A stretch of DNA of 64,000 nucleotides, taken from positions 34,936 to 98,935 of the IMG/VR virus record IMGVR_UViG_3300028603_000025, one strand, 5' to 3'. The DNA comes from a virus (taxonomy: Duplodnaviria > Caudoviricetes). Position 1 is the stretch's first letter. Every line of letters begins with the position of its first letter. The notes under the pieces are model-generated. The model was not told the origin of the DNA. It made no database searches and was given only the letters and a program-made list of their open reading frames with translations. The translations under genes were made by a program, and so were the position numbers. This document shows positions 1 through 8,609 of this stretch, piece after piece.

Positions 1-234
1 AATCAGATACTTATTTGGATTTAAATGACGAACTTGAATAGGAGAAAAAGATGTTCTGGTTACTAATGAGTATTCTGATTGCATTGAATATCTATTACCG
101 ACCCCGGTAATATGGAATGCGACGGAAATTCATGGGCAGGTCTGATATTTTCAGGCGTGGTCATGCTGAGTATAATTGGAGTCATCGTTGCGGTGACGTA
201 TAGAATAATCAAAGATTTTGTAAAGGAGGATTAA

Positions 235-492
235 GTGAATATTTTTTCAGAAGATTTAGTAAAACGGATTCGTGGGGGTTTCGTCGAATATTCGGAATCG
301 TGTATTCGTACCGAAGCGGAAAAAGACCTTCAGAAAGAAATCATCGCGAAACTTTCTGAAGAGACCATGATTGATAAGGCTATCCTGAAGAAGCTTGTTG
401 CCATGTATCATAAACAGAACGGGGAGCAAGAAAAAGAGGCTTTCGACGAGATTTATCATATGTACGAGTCGATTCGAGGCTATCGAGGCTAA
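235..492 (+). CDS. dsbA: T4 DsbA-like double-stranded DNA binding protein
   Basis: 85 aa helical protein with EAEKDLQKEII...KKLVAMYHKQN...EIYHMYE, resembling T4 DsbA; AGGAGG RBS and GTG start. Confidence 0.75.
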   Translation: MNIFSEDLVKRIRGGFVEYSESCIRTEAEKDLQKEIIAKLSEETMIDKAILKKLVAMYHKQNGEQEKEAFDEIYHMYESIRGYRG

Positions 493-494
493 TC

Positions 495-1277
495 ATGGAT
501 ATCGTGACCGCGTTTACCGATATAGGAAGAGGAACTTGGAGTCATAATCCTTGGGGCGTACCGGTCCAGTCGTACATTCCTCGAACTGTTGATACTTACA
601 TCGAGCGGTTCGAGAGAATGGCGAGCCTGAAGAATCATATCACATGCTTCGTGGATTCGGACCTCTTGTTAAGACTTCCAAAGAACAGTAATATCGAATA
701 TCATGATATACGGGAAGTTACCGGACACGAATGGAACGTCGCGGTTCTGGATAAGATAAAGGGAGTTCATTCTTCGGACTGGTGGATTAGTCGTTTCCGT
801 AACGATGCTTCTCCTGAACGATGGAACTCTGATTATGTGTTCATCAACTGGATGAAGTCTCAGTTCTTGATAAAGGTGTTCCGGGATAAATACTGTCTAG
901 AAACTACCTTTGCTTGGCTTGATTTCGGATACTTCCGGACCGAACCAAAAACTGACTTCCTGACTTATCAGATTCCAGAAGGAAAGGAGCTGGTATTTTT
1001 CTCTAACGGAAAGACGAAACATGAAATAAACGAAGTCTCTCCGATTGATGCGGTCATGTCAGGAGAAGTATTCATTCAGGGATGTCATGTAATCGGTACA
1101 TCAGTAGGCTTCAGGTCATTGGGAGTTGCATCTTATGATTATCTTGATACTCTTGTTAATATCGGACTGATTGATGATGACCAGACCATGCTTCTGATGG
1201 CCTATAAAGGATTGCATGAAATGATTCATCTTCAGTATAATTCATCAACTAACTGGTTTGGGGTGTTTGCGAAATGA
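495..1277 (+). CDS. HtrL/YibB-family putative glycosyltransferase
   Basis: IVTAFTDIGRG-W, RTVDTYIERF, AWLDFGY and GLIDDDQTMLL motifs typical of HtrL_YibB. Confidence 0.8.
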   Translation: MDIVTAFTDIGRGTWSHNPWGVPVQSYIPRTVDTYIERFERMASLKNHITCFVDSDLLLRLPKNSNIEYHDIREVTGHEWNVAVLDKIKGVHSSDWWISRFRNDASPERWNSDYVFINWMKSQFLIKVFRDKYCLETTFAWLDFGYFRTEPKTDFLTYQIPEGKELVFFSNGKTKHEINEVSPIDAVMSGEVFIQGCHVIGTSVGFRSLGVASYDYLDTLVNIGLIDDDQTMLLMAYKGLHEMIHLQYNSSTNWFGVFAK

Positions 1278-1996
1278 AACTATTTTTACCACATTCCGGG
1301 AATCTGGGAGATACATCAGCTATTCTTCCTTCGATTTCCGGTCATTACAAAGATACCGGAAGAAAGATAACTCTTATCCTACGGGAGAAGATGCGTCAGT
1401 TCGTTGGTTTACAGGAACTGTATGAGGCTCAGCCCGGAATCAAGAAGGTATATTTTGAGACCGACGGCATTGAGCCGAATATATCGATATGCCTTTCAAA
1501 CGAATTTGTTCACATAGACCATCGTCCTGTAGAGACTAATCGTTATGCTATCAACTTTTCCCGGATATTTAATACGAGCTGTGACGATGATTTTGAGTTG
1601 GTTATTCCTGAGAAATATCGTGGTCTGAAATTTCCGGAAACCGAAGACAAGCAAATTGCGTGCGACAGAGTCGAATTTGGAAGCTGTGATAAAAGGCGTA
1701 AGTTTAATATCCTTAATGAGTTCAAAGACGAACTCTTTTTCATTGACGTAGCAAAACCTCTGGGATATAATCTTGCCTTGATTAAAGATTCTCCTGATTA
1801 TATTCTAGGGACGTTTACCGGTATAGCAGTTTTGGTCGATCTGATGTGGAAAGAACAGATTCTGATTTACCCGAACGACTTGATACACTGGGACGGATCA
1901 AAGTCTAAGCAAGAACTGTTTGAACGTCATTTCTATACGAATCGGAGAAGCGAATGGATGATAATGGAGGATTATCTACGTGAAATTAAGCAGTAG
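1274..1996 (+). CDS. putative GT-B fold glycosyltransferase (GT9 heptosyltransferase-like)
   Basis: N-terminal HSGNLGD (cf. GT9 xxGD motif) and C-terminal LIKDSPDYILGTFTGIAVL (cf. GT9 'L...a.l.ig.DSG..HLA'); overlaps the upstream stop. Confidence 0.5.
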   Translation: MKLFLPHSGNLGDTSAILPSISGHYKDTGRKITLILREKMRQFVGLQELYEAQPGIKKVYFETDGIEPNISICLSNEFVHIDHRPVETNRYAINFSRIFNTSCDDDFELVIPEKYRGLKFPETEDKQIACDRVEFGSCDKRRKFNILNEFKDELFFIDVAKPLGYNLALIKDSPDYILGTFTGIAVLVDLMWKEQILIYPNDLIHWDGSKSKQELFERHFYTNRRSEWMIMEDYLREIKQ

Positions 1997-2657
1997 GACA
2001 AAATCAATTCTCAAGAGCTTTTCGGGAATAAATCAGTCGATTGTTATCATGCCTGGTAATACGATAACGACTCAGGATGAAGCCGGGATTCTTTACGGAA
2101 TGGCACAGGTAGAAGAATCATTTGAGCATGAAATGAGGATATACCAGCTCCCGACCCTTCTTAACATGATGGATTCGTTAGAAGACGTCGATCTGGATAT
2201 TGGGGACATGGACGTGACGGTTCATGGTTCTCGAGGAAAGTACCGGTATCAATACTGCGCCCCAAACATACTCAAATACAGGTCTCCTTGGAACAAAGAA
2301 GATATCGTTGAGGAACAGATATTTACGTGTGATTTCCTGTCAGAGGACTTTCGTGCCCTGACCAAGGCTTCTTCTATTACTGGGATAAACCAGATATGTA
2401 TCTATACCAAGGACGGGGACGTTCTGTTATCTCTACATGATAAGAAGGCAGAAGGTAATTCGTTCAAGACTGTTCTTGGAAAGTCCGATGATGAGTTTTG
2501 CGTCTGGGCGAAAACTGATAATTTGAAATTGCTCCCAGATGATTATAAAATGAGTGTTAATAGGCGAGAAGGCAAGACCAGAATCGTTTCGTTCCTTTCT
2601 TTTTCCGGAGATAATTTGGATTATCTCTTGTCGTGTGACCCATCATCAAAGGTATAG
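1980..2657 (+). CDS. gp45: DNA polymerase sliding clamp
   Basis: MKLSSRTKSILKSFSGINQSI, IYQLPTLL and NLKLLPDDY match T4-like gp45; directly upstream of the clamp loader. Confidence 0.93.
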   Translation: MKLSSRTKSILKSFSGINQSIVIMPGNTITTQDEAGILYGMAQVEESFEHEMRIYQLPTLLNMMDSLEDVDLDIGDMDVTVHGSRGKYRYQYCAPNILKYRSPWNKEDIVEEQIFTCDFLSEDFRALTKASSITGINQICIYTKDGDVLLSLHDKKAEGNSFKTVLGKSDDEFCVWAKTDNLKLLPDDYKMSVNRREGKTRIVSFLSFSGDNLDYLLSCDPSSKV

Positions 2658-2659
2658 AG

Positions 2660-3577
2660 ATGATTTTAAACGAGAAATACAGACCATCCAGCATCGAAGA
2701 ATGTATTCTGCCTAAGTATATCAAAGACGGATTCAGTTCGATGGTAAAGAAAGGTGAAATGCAGCACTTGTTGTTATCTGGTGATAAGGGAATGGGAAAG
2801 ACGTCCGTGGCTATAGCGTTATGTAATGACCTTGATTCAGAGTATCTTCTGATTAATGCATCGTTACATAACGGTATAGATACGTTAAGAACAACTATTC
2901 TTGATTTTGCTTCGACCATGTCTATGGACGGCAACATGAAGACTATTATCATGGACGAGGCAGATAGATTATCGGCGTCTGCTCAGGACGGCCTTAGGGG
3001 ATTCATTGAGGAATTTTCTTCAAACTGTAAGTTCATCATGACCGCTAACTTCCCGAACCGTATATCATCCCCTCTTCGGGAATCGAGGCTGATTGAGATA
3101 GAATTCAAGATTTCCGAAGAAGAGAGAGTTGATATACAGAAACAGATGTTTGTTCGATGTATGGACATTCTGGGGAAAGAAGGAATATCCTTTAAGAAAG
3201 ATATACTTGCTACTCTGATTAAACGTTATTATCCTGATATGCGTAGGATAATCAATACGATGCAATATCATTCTCGTTCAGGAGTCTTGGAAATTACTTC
3301 TTTAAGTGATTCTGATGAAGAACAGGTTGCGTATATCAAGAGGGTAATCAAGTCGAACGATTTTGTCCGAATTCGAGAATGGGCAAACGATAACTCAAAA
3401 GCTGACCATAGTATTTTATTACAGAACATCTATTCAGTGGCAGGCGAGATATTTAACGGACAGGCTTTATCCGCAAGTATAGTGATGATATCAGACTATC
3501 AGGATAAGCTATATAGAGCAGTTAACCCTGAGATTACTCTTTCTGCGTTAATGGTTGAACTAGGACAGTTGACATAA
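2660..3577 (+). CDS. gp44: clamp loader large subunit (AAA+)
   Basis: EKYRP, Walker A GDKGMGKT, INAS, IIMDEAD, AQDGLRGFIEEFSSNC. Confidence 0.96.
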   Translation: MILNEKYRPSSIEECILPKYIKDGFSSMVKKGEMQHLLLSGDKGMGKTSVAIALCNDLDSEYLLINASLHNGIDTLRTTILDFASTMSMDGNMKTIIMDEADRLSASAQDGLRGFIEEFSSNCKFIMTANFPNRISSPLRESRLIEIEFKISEEERVDIQKQMFVRCMDILGKEGISFKKDILATLIKRYYPDMRRIINTMQYHSRSGVLEITSLSDSDEEQVAYIKRVIKSNDFVRIREWANDNSKADHSILLQNIYSVAGEIFNGQALSASIVMISDYQDKLYRAVNPEITLSALMVELGQLT

Positions 3578-3579
3578 TC

Positions 3580-3963
3580 ATGGGACCGTTTGATGTAATC
3601 GATTCGTTAAGGAAAGGAGAGGAATGGAAGCCCGAATTCAAAGCCGCATATTCTCCGTTCCTGACAAATAAATACTTCAGTAATGATAAAAAATACTTGT
3701 TTGTTTCGTCGATAGCAGATACAATTGTCGATTCTGAGATGAACTATAAGTTTTGGCTTGGGTTAGTTGATAAGAAGTCAAGACGTGTTCCTTGGATAAA
3801 GAACAAAAAAGAGTCAGAAGAGCTGTTGAGTATTTCTGAATACTATAAAGTAAGTCTGTTAAAGGCTAAAGAGTATTCAAAATTGTTGAGTAACGAAGAT
3901 AAGTTGTTGATTTTAAATATAATTAAGGAGAAGGAAAATGAGTCTGGAACAGTTTTTTTATGA
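3580..3963 (+). CDS. gp62: clamp loader small subunit
   Basis: YSPFLTNKYFS and ISEYYKVSLLKAKEYSKLL; lies between gp44 and regA. Confidence 0.88.
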   Translation: MGPFDVIDSLRKGEEWKPEFKAAYSPFLTNKYFSNDKKYLFVSSIADTIVDSEMNYKFWLGLVDKKSRRVPWIKNKKESEELLSISEYYKVSLLKAKEYSKLLSNEDKLLILNIIKEKENESGTVFL

Positions 3964-4396
3964 TGACCTGGAATTGCCCGATGATTACCATTCGATTGAA
4001 GTTGAAATTGATACGAACTCGTTCCTGAAGGTGAGGGAAACGCTGCAACGTGTCGGATTGGCTTCGCGGTCAAGAGATGACCAAGGACGTAAAACGTTAT
4101 GGCAAAGCTGCCATGTTCTACACAAACAAGGCAAATATTACATCGTCCATTTCAAAGAGCTGTTTCTGTTAGATGGGCATCGCGCTGACTTGACTCAGGA
4201 CGATTTAGTCCGTCGTAATATGATTGCCGAATTGCTCGAGAAATGGGGACTGTTGAAAATTATCGATAAAGAAGTCACCTACGAAAACCAAGTGTTTCTG
4301 AAAGTGATTCCATTCCGGGATAAATCAAACTGGAATTTCCAGAAGAAATATACACTTCGTTCAGATAAGAAATACGAGGCTTCCCAACGTGCTTGA
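3938..4396 (+). CDS. regA: translational repressor RegA
   Basis: FLKVRETLQRVGLAS and LWQSCHVLHKQGKYYIVHFKELFLLDG. Confidence 0.97.
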   Translation: MSLEQFFYDDLELPDDYHSIEVEIDTNSFLKVRETLQRVGLASRSRDDQGRKTLWQSCHVLHKQGKYYIVHFKELFLLDGHRADLTQDDLVRRNMIAELLEKWGLLKIIDKEVTYENQVFLKVIPFRDKSNWNFQKKYTLRSDKKYEASQRA

Positions 4397-4913
4397 TACC
4401 AAGAGACGTTTCTTTATTGACCTTGACCATACGGTCGCAGACTTTAACGGAACGTTTCTATCTCATTTCGGAAAAGGGCTATCTGAGTCTGGGCTGTATA
4501 TGACGAACGAAGACTGGGATTTAGTTAACTCAGAGAAGAATTTCTATCTCAGGTTAACTAAATTCGAATACGCGGATGAACTGGTATCCGAAATCGTTGA
4601 TATGTTTGGTTATGACCGAGTCTTCTTTCTAACCTCAAGTCCTCCTGAATACGAAGGCAATGCTTATCAGGATAAGGTTCTCTGGGTAAGGAATAATATC
4701 CGGTTCAATCTTCCGGTAGTATTCAACAATCAGAATTTCGGAAAGGGTATGTTTGTCGAGAACGGAATCAATGATATACTGTTGGACGATAAACAGAAAT
4801 GCATTCTGGACTGGAGAAGCCAGGGCGGAACCGGTATTCTGTTTGAGCAGAATATGGGATATGATTTATCATGGTTAAGATGTTTTGATTACAGGAGTCT
4901 TACGAATGAGTGA
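4389..4913 (+). CDS. HAD-family 5'(3')-deoxyribonucleotidase-like phosphatase
   Basis: FIDLDHTVADF (DxD), LTSSP, DKVLW, ILLDD and WRSQGGTGILF. Confidence 0.85.
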   Translation: MLDTKRRFFIDLDHTVADFNGTFLSHFGKGLSESGLYMTNEDWDLVNSEKNFYLRLTKFEYADELVSEIVDMFGYDRVFFLTSSPPEYEGNAYQDKVLWVRNNIRFNLPVVFNNQNFGKGMFVENGINDILLDDKQKCILDWRSQGGTGILFEQNMGYDLSWLRCFDYRSLTNE

Positions 4914-5667
4914 TAAGAAGCTTACCGTGGTTATTCCGACCACGTTATCTCCTGACGTATATGATTTACTGGATAACCTGAAAGGAAACGTTCCTGACCA
5001 GACTCTGATTTATCTGGTGATAGATGGTCAGGAACACCTTGACGAAGATTCAAAGATAAAGATAGCGTCGGCCCGAGCCAGATTTCAGGAACGGAACGGA
5101 GTTGAATTATATGAGATAGTTCTTCCTTTCTCTATCGGGAAGGGAGGATGGTACGGTCATAGAGCAATAGCAGGCTTTGCTCATATGATAAATACTCCGT
5201 ATGTTACGTTCATTGACCAGGATAACTTGGTTGATGCGTTTCATTTCGTGACTCTTTTAGAACTGCTTGAGAAATACGAAGACCTTCCGTTTGCTTATTC
5301 TCATCGAACCATCATCGATAAACAGGGCCGTGACATATGTCTTGACGAATGTGAATCGTTGGGATATAAGCCTATCATGGGTAATGAACAGAACGGCTAT
5401 CTGGTTGATACCTCGTCGTGGGTATATAGAAGACAGTTCATTGAACAGAACGGACATATCTGGCACCATGGGTGGGGAGCAGACCGAAGGTTTACTATGG
5501 CAGTTCGTAATGGGGTCGGTCCAGAAATGATGGAGAAAGCATGTACCAAACTCCCGTCATTATTATACAGGGTAGCAGGAAACGCAAATTCAGTGACCCC
5601 TGAATTCTTTATAACCGGAAACTCAAAAATTAAACTTCTGGAGAACAAAAATGTCAGTCCTGATTAG
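4906..5667 (+). CDS. family 2 (GT-A) glycosyltransferase
   Basis: LTVVIPT, LVIDG, FIDQDN (DxD), VDTSS and GWGADRRF; start moved to the ATG at 4906 behind an AGGAG RBS. Confidence 0.85.
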   Translation: MSDKKLTVVIPTTLSPDVYDLLDNLKGNVPDQTLIYLVIDGQEHLDEDSKIKIASARARFQERNGVELYEIVLPFSIGKGGWYGHRAIAGFAHMINTPYVTFIDQDNLVDAFHFVTLLELLEKYEDLPFAYSHRTIIDKQGRDICLDECESLGYKPIMGNEQNGYLVDTSSWVYRRQFIEQNGHIWHHGWGADRRFTMAVRNGVGPEMMEKACTKLPSLLYRVAGNANSVTPEFFITGNSKIKLLENKNVSPD

Positions 5668-5866
5668 AGCAGAAGATGCACGCAAAAAGGCTTTACGATT
5701 CATTGATTCAAACTTCAAACAGTTGTTGTTTAACGCTATAGAGAACGGAGATCTGTTTCTCATGATTTCGGAACCATACTGGCCATCTGAAGAATTGTTA
5801 GTAGAACTGGACAATCTCGGATACTCTATTTATCAGGACGGAGATACCCTGGAGATAAGCTGGTGA
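5651..5866 (+). CDS. hypothetical protein
   Basis: 71 aa ORF with GGAG RBS, overlapping both neighbours. Confidence 0.6.
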   Translation: MSVLIRAEDARKKALRFIDSNFKQLLFNAIENGDLFLMISEPYWPSEELLVELDNLGYSIYQDGDTLEISW

Positions 5867-6693
5867 TAATCATTACCGGAGTCGATGGTTTTATCGGAGC
5901 ATATGCCGCCAATACCTTCAAGAATGCAGGATATCGCGTTCTTGGGTTTGGTCAGAACTCGGTCAAGTCAGTAGGATTCTATGTAGATAGATATAAGACT
6001 GATATAAAAGCCATCCTCCATTTTGGAGCAATATCGTCAACCGATTCCACGAACCAAGAAGAAGTATTCAAATGGAACGTGGAATCGACTATAAATGATA
6101 TCCTTTATCCGGCTCAGAAGTATAATATTCCTATACATTTTGCTTCTTCGGCGTCTATATACGGTAACGTATCAAAGTATTGGTTTACAGAAACCGATGA
6201 GCCGAATCCGAACAGTATATATGCCGAATCAAAACTGACGTGCGAAACCGTTCTGAGTCTGTACGAGAAAGCATTCATATTCCGATATTTCAACGTCTAT
6301 GCCGATAATCCCAGATGGGAATGGCATAAACATCAGCCTTCTCCCCATACAGGATTCGTTAAGCAGCTATCCACCCAAGGAATAATAAGGCTGTTTGATG
6401 GATCAGAGAATATCTATCGAGATTTCGTTAACGTCGTAGACGTCGTGGAATATCATCTTGAATTCGTCAAGAGGTCTCATAAACCGGGCATCTATAACGT
6501 CGGATCAGGAAGTTTAACCTCGTTTCAGGAAGTAGCTATTGACGTCTTAAATAAGTTCGGGTATTCTCCTGTTCTTATAAGAGAGATAGCGTTTCCGGAA
6601 AAGCTGAAGAAATACTATCAGTATCGGACGCTTGCAAATATAAGTAAGATAACACAGGAGATTCTATATGATTTTGGTAACAGGCTGCTTTGA
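5863..6693 (+). CDS. hldD: ADP-L-glycero-D-manno-heptose 6-epimerase-like (extended SDR)
   Basis: IIITGVDGFIG, HFGAISST, ASSASIYG, YAESK (YxxxK), RYFNVY, RDFV and YQYRTLANISK. Confidence 0.88.
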   Translation: MIIITGVDGFIGAYAANTFKNAGYRVLGFGQNSVKSVGFYVDRYKTDIKAILHFGAISSTDSTNQEEVFKWNVESTINDILYPAQKYNIPIHFASSASIYGNVSKYWFTETDEPNPNSIYAESKLTCETVLSLYEKAFIFRYFNVYADNPRWEWHKHQPSPHTGFVKQLSTQGIIRLFDGSENIYRDFVNVVDVVEYHLEFVKRSHKPGIYNVGSGSLTSFQEVAIDVLNKFGYSPVLIREIAFPEKLKKYYQYRTLANISKITQEILYDFGNRLL

Positions 6694-7081
6694 TATTATT
6701 CACCGAGGCCATATTGAACTATTCGAGTACGCAAATGTCTTAGCTAAGAGAGGAGAATATTCGGAACCGATATTCGTCTTGGTTGACTCCGATGCTCGAG
6801 TAAAACGCAATAAAGGAATCGAGAGACCTGTAAATAATCAGGACGATAGGAGATATGTCTTATCCGGAATGAAAGGACTTCAGGCGTCACGGATAATGAT
6901 TTTCGATACTGATGAAGAACTAGTTGACGTCTGTGGAGATTTTAATCCCTTGAGAATAGTCGGCTCAGATTACAAAGGCCGCACGATTATCGGGGGAGAA
7001 CACTGTAGGAAAATCGAATATTTTGAAAGACTTGAAAATTATTCAACCACAAAAACAATCAATGAACTTACTAAAGCCTGA
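6668..7081 (+). CDS. heptose-1-phosphate nucleotidyltransferase (HldE/RfaE domain II)
   Basis: TGCFDIIHRGH (HxGH), DSDARVKRNKGIERPVN, VGSDY and YSTT. Confidence 0.88.
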   Translation: MILVTGCFDIIHRGHIELFEYANVLAKRGEYSEPIFVLVDSDARVKRNKGIERPVNNQDDRRYVLSGMKGLQASRIMIFDTDEELVDVCGDFNPLRIVGSDYKGRTIIGGEHCRKIEYFERLENYSTTKTINELTKA

Positions 7082-7916
7082 AGAAGTATTAATAATCGGG
7101 GATACCTGCCGGGACCATAATCTAATCGGGGAAGTATCCGGTTTGTCGCCCGAAGCCCCGATTCCTATTTTAACCAATCCGCGACATGACCTGAGTCTAG
7201 GTATGTCGTACAACTTTGTCCGTAATCTGGAAAGGTTCTTTAAAGGTGTTCCGATTCCTGACGAGAACCTGTTGTTTAGCAAACATCCTTCTGATATCTG
7301 GAACTACATGGATGAACGTTCCGGGCAGAAACTGTTACGAGTAGACAAGATTAATAAACTGTTTCCTGAAGTGTTAACATTTGATAAGGTGTCTCAAAGG
7401 GTTCATGATAAAATCAAGGTAATCATTGCGATTGACTACGATACCGGGTTCCTGACCAGTTCGCTACTTTCTGAGATAGCGGTTCAGTACGGTTCCTCAA
7501 AGTATCTGTATATTGATACCCGGAAACCGAATCTGACCCACCTTCAGGGATGGAAGATAAAGATTAACGATATCGAGGCCGCAAAAGCAAGGAAGGCAAC
7601 CAAGGGATTCGATGACCTTGATTTAATCGTGACCCACGGTAAAGAAGGTTCAGAAACACATGACCTGTTTGTTCATCAGAAGAATAAAGTAGATGCGCGG
7701 GACGTAACCGGGTGCGGAGAAACCTGGTTAGCTACCTTCATTTATATGTACCATTCTGATGATATCGTTAAGGCGCTGACTTGTGGTCAGCATGATTTGG
7801 AAGAAGTAATGAACCTCGCCAATCTTTCAGCATCGATTACTGCATCACACGTAGGAACGTATGCGCCAACCGTAAAAGAAATAGTTGATTTGTATTTGAA
7901 GACCAAAGGAGTTTAA
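7062..7916 (+). CDS. heptose-7-phosphate kinase (HldE/RfaE domain I, PfkB family)
   Basis: LIIGD, LSPEAPIPI, QKLLRVD, DYDTGFL, KIN and DVTGCGETW (cf. DVTGAGDT). Confidence 0.85.
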   Translation: MNLLKPEEVLIIGDTCRDHNLIGEVSGLSPEAPIPILTNPRHDLSLGMSYNFVRNLERFFKGVPIPDENLLFSKHPSDIWNYMDERSGQKLLRVDKINKLFPEVLTFDKVSQRVHDKIKVIIAIDYDTGFLTSSLLSEIAVQYGSSKYLYIDTRKPNLTHLQGWKIKINDIEAAKARKATKGFDDLDLIVTHGKEGSETHDLFVHQKNKVDARDVTGCGETWLATFIYMYHSDDIVKALTCGQHDLEEVMNLANLSASITASHVGTYAPTVKEIVDLYLKTKGV

Positions 7917-7917
7917 A

Positions 7918-8286
7918 ATGACCAGACTGACAGGATTCCAGCAGAAAGGATGGGGACACGAGATGATTTTCGTGAGCAACGATAAGTACTGCGGAAAGAA
8001 ACTCGTATTCCGGAAAGGTGGAAAATTTTCCATGCACTTTCACCGCGAGAAAGTTGAAACCTGGATTGTTCTATCAGGAAAGTTTCAGCTTGAAATCATT
8101 AATACCAAGAATGCATGTAAGAAAGTCATTCTGTTGGAAAAAGAGTCAGTCTGGACAAACGAAGCCCTTGTTCCACATCAACTGACCTGTATTGAGGAAG
8201 GAACGATACTTGAGATAAGTACCCCGGATAGCGTGGAAGACAACTACCGAGTAATCCCCGGCGATTCGCAGGCGATTGAAGTATGA
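7918..8286 (+). CDS. cupin, sugar-phosphate isomerase-like
   Basis: KGWGHE, YCGKKL, FSMHFHREKVETW and EISTPDSVEDNYRVIPGDSQ. Confidence 0.8.
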   Translation: MTRLTGFQQKGWGHEMIFVSNDKYCGKKLVFRKGGKFSMHFHREKVETWIVLSGKFQLEIINTKNACKKVILLEKESVWTNEALVPHQLTCIEEGTILEISTPDSVEDNYRVIPGDSQAIEV

Positions 8287-8594
8287 GAAACGAATTCAGG
8301 TTAAGCATTATTCTTATCGCCCTGATATGTTTCATTGTCTATTCAAACAAGTCGATGGCCGCAGACGTATACATTCACGGAGGAGTCGGGGTTCCGCGCC
8401 TTCAGTTCCAGTTCCAATACGGATATCCGTACGGAATTCCTCCGCAAATGTATATCTATCCAAACCAGAGATACCGAGGATATCAGGGAAACCGTTATAT
8501 TCAGCGTCACGGACTTGAATATCAACACCAAAGACGTTATAATCGTCATCAACCCTCCTGCGTATGGCATCGAGGACACTATCACTGCGACTAA
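8283..8594 (+). CDS. hypothetical secreted protein (Tyr/Arg/His/Gln-rich)
   Basis: N-terminal hydrophobic segment ending SMA-A, followed by a low-complexity mature region. Confidence 0.55.
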   Translation: MRNEFRLSIILIALICFIVYSNKSMAADVYIHGGVGVPRLQFQFQYGYPYGIPPQMYIYPNQRYRGYQGNRYIQRHGLEYQHQRRYNRHQPSCVWHRGHYHCD

Positions 8595-8609
8595 TCACCA
8601 TGGGAATAA

